A stretch of DNA of 64,000 nt from Candidatus Heimdallarchaeota archaeon (lineage in GTDB: Archaea > Asgardarchaeota > Heimdallarchaeia > Heimdallarchaeales > Heimdallarchaeaceae): contig JAUVXV010000003.1 of assembly GCA_030603365.1 (NCBI GenBank), forward strand, positions 128,001 to 192,000. The letters are read 5' to 3'. The translations under genes and the position numbers were made by a program. Below are positions 57,230 through 64,000 of this stretch, in pieces; within the stretch, counting starts at the first letter, position 1, and each line of letters opens with the position of its first letter. The notes under the pieces are model-generated. The model ran no database searches. It had not been told where the DNA came from and saw only the letters and a program-made list of their open reading frames with translations.

Positions 57230-58288
57230 TTAAATCTTCTTTGTGATTGGTTTCTCATATCCCATGATTTCTATTATTTCATGCCATCTAGAGTAAATTC
57301 GGTTAACATCTTCCTCTTGAAAAGTGTAAGTACTTGGTGTATAATCTTTCACACCTTCTAGATATTCTTCAATAAGTGGTTTTGCCTTTTCATATCCTGG
57401 AAGAGATAATTTATCATAAATTTGTGTCATTGTATCTAAGGGATTTGCTACAAAATTTTCATATCTTATCTCAATAAAATTACCTTCTGGAATAAGTCCC
57501 ACTTCCTCATAGAATATCTTGTACATTCCTTCAAAAATAGTAAATACAAACTCATCTAAATCTGGATAACTATCTTGTAATTGTAGAATTGTAACAAGTT
57601 TCTCATGCATCCTTCTTGTTGAATAGAAAACCTCGAAAGGATTTCGCATAATGTGTACAAACTTTGCATTAGGATATAATTCTAACAGGAATTTCACTCT
57701 TGCAGTATCTACTGGACTTTTCAGTATCAATCTCTTGTTTTTCTTTTTTATAGTTAATTTCTTGATAATAAAATCAAAACTTTGTTTAATTTTCTTAATC
57801 TGTTTATCAGTTATGTCTTCCAGAGTTACGTATTTATTGTAAAAATCTTGGTTTTCTGGGAAATATCCTCCAACATAGGGTGACATTGAGCTTAAATTAG
57901 CCACTGCAAAATCATGTTCACTAGGTACATTCGGATTAATTTTCCAATCATCTTGAGGACGAGTTTCAGGTAAAACACTCCCCATAACTTTACTTAATAA
58001 CCCTGAGGAATAAAGAAAATGATTTGGAAAAACGCTCTCAAAAAGTGTCATGAATGCAAAATCAGGATTGCAATTGAAGAGATCATGGAGTAAAGTTGTA
58101 CCTTGACGCCAGTGTCCTAGAATAAAAACTGGAGGTTTCTTTATCTTCACTCTTCTAATTTTACGCCAAGTTAGAACTTTTTCTACTATAGCGAGTGGAG
58201 AGAATAGAATTATCAAAAATGTGATAAGAAAGACATGTGGGATTTTCTTCAAAGATACATTGAATTGATTTTCACCGAGAAGTTTCAT
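57230..58288 (-). CDS. Sulfotransferase (Sulfotransfer_3-like)
   Basis: PVFILGHWRQGTTLLH, LKSP, HIMRNP, RYE. Confidence 0.9.
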   Translation of the reverse strand: MKLLGENQFNVSLKKIPHVFLITFLIILFSPLAIVEKVLTWRKIRRVKIKKPPVFILGHWRQGTTLLHDLFNCNPDFAFMTLFESVFPNHFLYSSGLLSKVMGSVLPETRPQDDWKINPNVPSEHDFAVANLSSMSPYVGGYFPENQDFYNKYVTLEDITDKQIKKIKQSFDFIIKKLTIKKKNKRLILKSPVDTARVKFLLELYPNAKFVHIMRNPFEVFYSTRRMHEKLVTILQLQDSYPDLDEFVFTIFEGMYKIFYEEVGLIPEGNFIEIRYENFVANPLDTMTQIYDKLSLPGYEKAKPLIEEYLEGVKDYTPSTYTFQEEDVNRIYSRWHEIIEIMGYEKPITKKI

Positions 58289-58507
58289 CCAGACCGAGAA
58301 ATCCGCACCTACTGCAAAGATATGTTTAGCCCCCTGAGTTTATTTTGTTGATTAATTCTTACTTTCTAATATTAAAAGAAATTGTGTGAAACGATGATTT
58401 TTCAGCATTATTTCTTATTTTTGTTTGAAGAACTATACATAAAAAAGATAGAAATTAAGAGTATTCAGAATTCCTTTTTTCATATATACTCTTAATTCTC
58501 TAGTGAA

Positions 58508-59368
58508 TTATGCTGGATGTATGTATATCCTTATTTTCTGACTAATTGTAGAAAGAGGAATCGTTCCACCATATGGTGGGTCATAGTAATAATATAGCGT
58601 ATCTGTCCAAATTCCGAAAGTATAAATTGAAGAACTAGGTTTTATAACTGCACGTACAAGATTATTAGCTGATGCATCCCATGCATCTTGAGATGTATGA
58701 TCACATGCACCTATCCATGTCCAGTATGCATCTTGTGAATCTCCAAAACCTGAATTCTGTGTATACTCATACTCATTGATACTTGATATAAAGCACAATG
58801 CATTAAAGATACTTAATGCTGTTCCTATATGTGGAAGGAAACCGAGTGCTATTGTTGCTCCCTCAATTGCCTTTAAAAGGGGACCTTCTCCTTCTCCACC
58901 TGCATATGCTACATAATTTACTCCTCCTGCATCTGTTGAGAAATCCTTCTTAAAAGCTACTGCAGTTAACGCAGCATTCGATTTTTCTATATTAATATCA
59001 GTTAAGTAAGGATTCGAATCATAGGTCTCCGCTTCAGGGTCTTTGTCAACATGTCGAATAGATACAGCAAACTGTAGCTCCCATGTATTACTTCCTGATG
59101 CATAGAATGAATAAATGTTTACTGCAATAGATAGAGCAACATTTGTATCTTGAACATACCGATGTATCTCGAATGATTCAGTAAAATCATCTCCATATTG
59201 TATATGAATACCGAGTCCATCGATATATGGGTAGTTTATCGGTGGGGGTGCTCCTCCACCTCCACCTCCACCTCCTCCACCTCCACCATATGCACTTGCA
59301 TATATGGTGCCAAATGATGTGGAGAAAATTACTATTAATAATATACTTACTACTTGTTTTCGATTCAA
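58508..59368 (-). CDS. Secreted protein with a Gly12 tract after the signal peptide
   Basis: TTG start with GGAGG upstream; signal ending ASA; G12-APPP; internal hydrophobic hairpin; no anchor. Confidence 0.8.
   Translation of the reverse strand: MNRKQVVSILLIVIFSTSFGTIYASAYGGGGGGGGGGGGAPPPINYPYIDGLGIHIQYGDDFTESFEIHRYVQDTNVALSIAVNIYSFYASGSNTWELQFAVSIRHVDKDPEAETYDSNPYLTDINIEKSNAALTAVAFKKDFSTDAGGVNYVAYAGGEGEGPLLKAIEGATIALGFLPHIGTALSIFNALCFISSINEYEYTQNSGFGDSQDAYWTWIGACDHTSQDAWDASANNLVRAVIKPSSSIYTFGIWTDTLYYYYDPPYGGTIPLSTISQKIRIYIHPA
59252..59287 (-). repeat. (GGT/GGA)12 poly-glycine coding repeat
   Basis: Read directly. Confidence 0.95.
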
Positions 59369-59454
59369 CTAGAATCAACCTCCATTTTTGTAGTAAATAT
59401 TACTTAGTTTTTTGGCTTAATAAATCTATCTGGACAAAATGTGACACATTTGCA

Positions 59455-59955
59455 TTAAGACCATTTTAGTCTTTCACTTCTCCAATTTCGAAGCTTTTGT
59501 GCAAGTTCTCCAATATGGAATGAGTTGTGCCTTAATAGATAAACCAGTTTTTCATATACCGAATCAAACCACCTAAAATCATCTTTGAGCAATAGATCTT
59601 TATCCTTAGTTTCACTTAAGCTTCTTGAAATTCTTAACTCAATCTCTTCTAAATAGTTGTTCAAAAAACTCTTCGTAATTTTGGATTTTTTACTAATGAT
59701 TTCATCCTTTGAATCAATATCCCAATTAATACCAGTTTTAATTCCCCAAGTCATACTTTCAGGATTATTGCGAGAATAGAAATCAGCTGTCTCAATAATA
59801 TGGTAAACTGACCAAGAGTAGATCCAATCTCCTTCTCCCTCATGCCATTTTTCCTCTGGGCACTTATCAACAGCATCTCTAAGCATTTTCCACTTGCTTT
59901 CAAATTGCTTAAGGAGCACAAATCTAAAAGACATCTCTGACTTTATCTTCTTCAT
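59455..59955 (-). CDS. DinB family protein
   Basis: MLRDAVDKCP..W, YHII, RHNSFHIGEL. Confidence 0.85.
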   Translation of the reverse strand: MKKIKSEMSFRFVLLKQFESKWKMLRDAVDKCPEEKWHEGEGDWIYSWSVYHIIETADFYSRNNPESMTWGIKTGINWDIDSKDEIISKKSKITKSFLNNYLEEIELRISRSLSETKDKDLLLKDDFRWFDSVYEKLVYLLRHNSFHIGELAQKLRNWRSERLKWS

Positions 59956-59992
59956 TTCATATCTACCCTTCTATATCTTAATACATATTAAA

Positions 59993-60466
59993 TCATTGTA
60001 ATTCTAATACTTTCCTTGCTTTTATTGGATTTTGCATATCCCAGAGTTTTACACCAATACCGTACAAGTTTATTCGTTTTCCAGGTGTGACTTTTATCCA
60101 TATACTTTCCTTTTGTAACTCCTCAGGAAGCTCATGTTTCTGATATTTTTTCCATACATTTCTTGCATACTCGTCTTCAAAGGGTAAGATTTCAGCTGTT
60201 GCTTTGAAATGAATTTCTGCAGGTGGAGCTGGAACTAGTTTATGTATGAAATTTTTTCTAATTGGTATTGTAACTGAAACTTTATTGTTTTTTACTATGT
60301 TCTTTGCTTTTACAGTTATTTTACCTGTTTGAAGATAGATGTCCTTCCCATCACTTTGATACATCATTACACTACTTTGAGGTTGTTGTTTTTCATTAAC
60401 AGTAGCTAAAACCAACCAGATGTTTTTCTTTAATTCTTTTATATATTCCTTTTCTAAATTATTCAT
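59993..60466 (-). CDS. Pyridoxamine 5'-phosphate oxidase-like protein
   Basis: VLATVNEKQQP, KAKNIVKNNKVS. Confidence 0.85.
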   Translation of the reverse strand: MNNLEKEYIKELKKNIWLVLATVNEKQQPQSSVMMYQSDGKDIYLQTGKITVKAKNIVKNNKVSVTIPIRKNFIHKLVPAPPAEIHFKATAEILPFEDEYARNVWKKYQKHELPEELQKESIWIKVTPGKRINLYGIGVKLWDMQNPIKARKVLELQ

Positions 60467-60498
60467 GAGTAGAATTTAGCATAACAGATAATAAACAT

Positions 60499-60566
60499 TA
60501 CTACTAACAACGGTAGTAGTGAGCGAAAGATTTATTTATTTGAATACTACTTACTAAGATAGTAGT
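60499..60566. promoter_or_regulatory. Two palindromic operators (TACTAC-N8-RTAGTAGT) flanking the BRE/TATA of the ABC-TrmB operon
   Basis: TACTACTAACAACGGTAGTAGT (60499-60520) and TACTACTTACTAAGATAGTAGT (60545-60566), 18/22 identical. Confidence 0.7.
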
Positions 60567-60590
60567 TACATTTCTTAACAAGAAGGTGAA

Positions 60591-61349
60591 ATGTTGGCAA
60601 CCGAAATTGAATATGCGATAGAAACTCAAGATCTTGTAAAAATCTACAAGACAGGAAAAGTTCAAGCTGTAAATGGGCTTAATCTTCAGATAAAAAAAGG
60701 AGAAATTTATGCTTTAATCGGAGCAAACGGAAGCGGGAAAACAACTTCTATAAACATGATCAGCGGAGCTCTATTTCCTACATCGGGAACGATTAAAGTT
60801 TTGGGACATGAAATTCCTCGCAATCGTCGATTAATCACAAATTACATAGGACTTGCCCCTCAAGACTATTCGATTTATGAAGATTTGAGTTTAGAAGAAA
60901 ATGTTCGTTTCTTTTCAAGACTATATGGCATGAGTAAAGGTGATTTTGAACCCAAATTCGAAGAATTACTCAAAATATTGCGTCTTGAAGAAAAACGTAA
61001 GGCACTAGTGAAGAATCTCTCTGGAGGTATGAAAAGAAGAACAAGCATTGCATGCTCACTAATACATTCTCCAAAGATTGTTTTCTTTGATGAAGCAACA
61101 GTTGGTGTTGACCCAGTATTAAGATCATTTTTCTGGGAATATTTCAGATCATTAAAAGATAAAGGGGTTACACTTGTGATAACATCTCATGTAATGGATG
61201 AAGCAGAAAGAGCTGATAGAATCGGGTTAATGAGAGCTGGTAAGTTGATAGCTGAAGGCACTCCAGATGAACTCAAGCAAAAACACAATGCTGCGACGAT
61301 TGAAGAGATTTTCATTGAGCTAAGTGAAGGAGAGATTATCGATGAATAA
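60591..61349 (+). CDS. ABC exporter ATP-binding subunit
   Basis: GANGSGKT, LSGGM, FFDEAT, SHVMDE. Confidence 0.95.
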   Translation: MLATEIEYAIETQDLVKIYKTGKVQAVNGLNLQIKKGEIYALIGANGSGKTTSINMISGALFPTSGTIKVLGHEIPRNRRLITNYIGLAPQDYSIYEDLSLEENVRFFSRLYGMSKGDFEPKFEELLKILRLEEKRKALVKNLSGGMKRRTSIACSLIHSPKIVFFDEATVGVDPVLRSFFWEYFRSLKDKGVTLVITSHVMDEAERADRIGLMRAGKLIAEGTPDELKQKHNAATIEEIFIELSEGEIIDE

Positions 61350-62493
61350 GAAAAAAGATAAAAAAAGCGATGAATTCAGTCCAAAAAATCTAGCTTTTTC
61401 TATGAGACGAGTTATGGCAATAGCACTTAAAACAATAAATCAGTTTAGGAGAGATAGAAGAACTCTTGGTCTTCTATTTGTTGTACCAATGGCAATTATG
61501 TTGATTTTTGGTTTAGCATTTAGTGGTGAAGTTCAAAATCTCCCTGTATTAATAGATAATCAAGATACAGTTTTTGGTATGATGATTGAAGAAAATCTAG
61601 CTAATGATACACGAGTAGAATTAACAGCTGGAGATTATTTCGAAGGAGTTGAACAAGTTGAGAAGGGAGATTATTATGCTGTGATTCTTATTCCAGCGAA
61701 TTTTACTCAGTCTATTCTTGAAATACAAGCAGGAAACACTACTCAAGCCAATATTTATTTGTACTTAGATGGGACTAAACCTACCATTAAAGGAAGTCTG
61801 TTGGGAGCCTTAAGAGATGCTCTTGATGAAACAATGGGAAATACAGGTATAAGTGTAGTTCAAGAGTTAGCTTTTGGAGGTGCAGAGTTTTCAGGTTTGG
61901 ATGTAGGAATTCCAGCTGTAATAGCTTTCGTTCTTATCTTTCTGTTAGTAATAGTAGGTGTAATAACTATTATACGCGAAAAAATCCAAGGTACTCAAGA
62001 CAGACTTTATGCTACACCTTTAAGATCTTCAGAAAGGTTACTTGGATATGTCATTGGTCTACTTCTGATTGCTATGATTATGATAGCATTAGTACTGATT
62101 TTTGGAGTTTTTGTATTTGGAGCAAAAGTTCAAGGAAACGTGTTCTTATTGATATTTGCAGCCTTACTTTTTGGATTGGCTCATGTATTTTTAGCTGTTT
62201 TCCTAGCTAACTTTGCTCAGAATGAACTACAAGCAATTCAGTTCGCACCTTTAACCGCTATCCCCAGTATGGCTCTGGGTGGAATGATGGTTCCTACAAT
62301 TAGTTTGCCCGTTTGGCTCTATCCAGTATCGTTCGTTGTACCTTTAACATATGGTATCAATCTTTTCGAAGGAATTATGCTCAAAGGATGGGGATTTGCA
62401 GAATTATGGGTAGATTTCCTAGTAGTTGGAGCTATGTGTCTAATATTCTTCGTTCTAGCAATTATTACCGTTAGAAACAGAATGAGGGATTAA
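61324..62493 (+). CDS. ABC-2 type permease
   Basis: FRRDRR, REKIQGT..RL..TP, PLTY; 6 TM with a large loop. Confidence 0.93.
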   Translation: MKERLSMNKKKDKKSDEFSPKNLAFSMRRVMAIALKTINQFRRDRRTLGLLFVVPMAIMLIFGLAFSGEVQNLPVLIDNQDTVFGMMIEENLANDTRVELTAGDYFEGVEQVEKGDYYAVILIPANFTQSILEIQAGNTTQANIYLYLDGTKPTIKGSLLGALRDALDETMGNTGISVVQELAFGGAEFSGLDVGIPAVIAFVLIFLLVIVGVITIIREKIQGTQDRLYATPLRSSERLLGYVIGLLLIAMIMIALVLIFGVFVFGAKVQGNVFLLIFAALLFGLAHVFLAVFLANFAQNELQAIQFAPLTAIPSMALGGMMVPTISLPVWLYPVSFVVPLTYGINLFEGIMLKGWGFAELWVDFLVVGAMCLIFFVLAIITVRNRMRD

Positions 62494-62502
62494 GGTGATA
62501 AA

Positions 62503-63324
62503 ATGAAATCCAAATCTTCCTCCTCTTTTTCTAAAGAAGATGCGATAAAAGCATTATCTAGTTTAGGATTGTCTCTTGGAGAAGCAAAAACGTATACTTC
62601 GTTAGTTGGGTTGGGACCTATTCACGCAACCACATTGGCAGGATTAGCTGAAGTTCCTCAACCAAAAATCTATGGCTATCTAGAAAGTTTAGTTCAGAAG
62701 ATTTTTGTAACTCGACAGAGCAAGAAAGGAATTCCAGATTCTTACATGGCTGTTCCCTATGAGATTGTAATTGAGACACTAGAAAACAAAATGCAAAACA
62801 AAATCAAAGCTGCAAATCGATACTTCGAACAGGTTAAAGAAGAAGAAAGAACAAGAGATGTAGAGGATCTATTTTCCTACTTTGAGGGTAAAAAAGCAGT
62901 TTTTGCAGGATTGAAAACTATTTTTGATAATGTTCAGAAGAATATCATAATGGTTCTAATCAATTCATTTGATGCAGAAGTGATTCAGAAACTAATAGAA
63001 GAAAGGAAAAAAGAAAAACCAAATCTAGAGATACTTGAACTAGAATCTAGTGACCGTCTTCTAAAGGTTCCACCAATAAAGAAACTTATGAACACTGAAG
63101 GATTTCAAGATCTGCTTATGAAGCGTCCAACAATGTTTTATGTAGATGTAGATTTTGAAGAAAGCACTTGTACATCTATGAATCTAGTACTTCCTCCCAT
63201 CGATGATTTTGGTCAAGCTTTAATTAATATCAAGCATCCTATAGCACTACGCTTTCAAGTTCAGTTAGTATCAAGTATTCTAGATACTTTAAAGAACATA
63301 GGTTTGAAAGTGAAAGAGATGTAG
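62503..63324 (+). CDS. TrmB-family transcriptional regulator
   Basis: LGLS.GEAKTY..L, VPQPKIYGYLESL, P..Y.AVP. Confidence 0.9.
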   Translation: MKSKSSSSFSKEDAIKALSSLGLSLGEAKTYTSLVGLGPIHATTLAGLAEVPQPKIYGYLESLVQKIFVTRQSKKGIPDSYMAVPYEIVIETLENKMQNKIKAANRYFEQVKEEERTRDVEDLFSYFEGKKAVFAGLKTIFDNVQKNIIMVLINSFDAEVIQKLIEERKKEKPNLEILELESSDRLLKVPPIKKLMNTEGFQDLLMKRPTMFYVDVDFEESTCTSMNLVLPPIDDFGQALINIKHPIALRFQVQLVSSILDTLKNIGLKVKEM

Positions 63325-63348
63325 CTCAAGATAGAGTTATAAATCTCC

Positions 63349-63359
63349 TTTTTTTTCTT
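63349..63359 (+). terminator. Oligo-T terminator
   Basis: T run after stop 63324. Confidence 0.5.
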
Positions 63360-63367
63360 ATTTTAAG

Positions 63368-64000
63368 ATGTCCGAGAAGAATGCTAAACAATTGACAGGT
63401 TCTGAAGTTATCATAGAATATTTGATTAGAGAAGGAGTCAAATATATTTTTGGTATCCCTGGTCATGGTTGTTTAGGGTTTACCGATGCGCTTCTAAGAT
63501 ATAAGGATGAAATTCAAGTTATTCAACCTAAACAAGAAATGTCTGGAGTTCATATGGCTGTAGGTTATTATAGAGTAACAGGTAAACCTTTACCAGTTTT
63601 TACAAGCATCGGTCCTGGTGCCATAAATACAGTAATAGGTTTAGCTGATGCATATGTTGATTCAATGCCTGTTCTTGTTCTAACAGGTGATACTCATGTT
63701 CATATGAGAGGTGTAGGAGTTCTTCAGGAGATTGAGCGACACAAAGATAGTTCCATGCCTAGAATACTCGAACCTATTGTTAAGAGATCTTTTGAGTTAG
63801 CTTCTTCAAATCAGATTCCCAAAGTAATTCAACGAGCATTTAATATTATGATGACTGGACGAAAAGGACCAGTACACATTGACATGCCTATGGATGTTCA
63901 ATGTGATTTTGTAGATAGAACAATTCCTGAACCATTCAAGAGAAGAACAGCAGCTAAAACAAGAGGTGACTTCAACTACATTCAAATGGCAGCTGAACTC
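63368..64000 (+). CDS. ThDP-binding enzyme (acetolactate synthase/IolD-like), 3'-partial
   Basis: Own translation: LTGSEVIIEYL..EGVKYIFGIPGHG, QEMSGVHMA.GY, TSIGPGA, GRKGPVHIDMPMD; runs off the window. Confidence 0.92.
   Translation, partial: MSEKNAKQLTGSEVIIEYLIREGVKYIFGIPGHGCLGFTDALLRYKDEIQVIQPKQEMSGVHMAVGYYRVTGKPLPVFTSIGPGAINTVIGLADAYVDSMPVLVLTGDTHVHMRGVGVLQEIERHKDSSMPRILEPIVKRSFELASSNQIPKVIQRAFNIMMTGRKGPVHIDMPMDVQCDFVDRTIPEPFKRRTAAKTRGDFNYIQMAAEL

Noticed and set aside
59187-59469. ORFs with (WR)n and (HL)n repeats
   Set aside because: Alternative-frame readings of the poly-Gly codon run
1-64000. tRNA, rRNA, IS elements, integrases, proviral genes
   Set aside because: No GC-rich cloverleaf or rRNA-like segment, transposase/integrase motif, terminal inverted repeat or capsid-like gene was recognised by eye; tRNAscan-SE, Infernal and ISEScan would be needed to exclude them formally

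Overview
AT-rich, gene-dense chromosomal window from an archaeon that is very probably Asgard (Heimdallarchaeia-like). This rests on an Arf-family GTPase fused to a longin-like domain, a stand-alone Rab-like GTPase, a membrane-anchored RING-finger protein, an archaeal-type ProRS, a class III (archaeal pilin) signal peptide, a TrmB regulator, TATA/BRE promoters and oligo-T terminators. About 60 CDS are present, mostly housekeeping, scavenging and stress genes. I could not recognise any rRNA, tRNA, CRISPR array, transposase or integrase. Four candidates for undescribed biology stand out. (1) A translationally coupled pair at 23034-26902: an 833-aa protein of repeated TM-hairpin + amphipathic-helix units, and a membrane protein of similar build ending in a Zn-ribbon+RING module. 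(2) A two-gene unit at 19569-21846: a catalytically dead AadA-like nucleotidyltransferase fold plus a second degenerate copy fused to a P-loop ATPase. (3) An HhH / histone-H1-like PTAKK repeat / ribosomal eL33-like fusion at 3022-4011. (4) An alpha-solenoid / Arf-longin / Zn-ribbon membrane protein cluster, and a HerA-like ATPase / split kinase / endonuclease IV operon next to it. I also found several frame lesions, an unannotated 45-aa ORF, a GNAT relic and three candidate operator sites. All family calls come from recognising motifs by eye; no database search was run.
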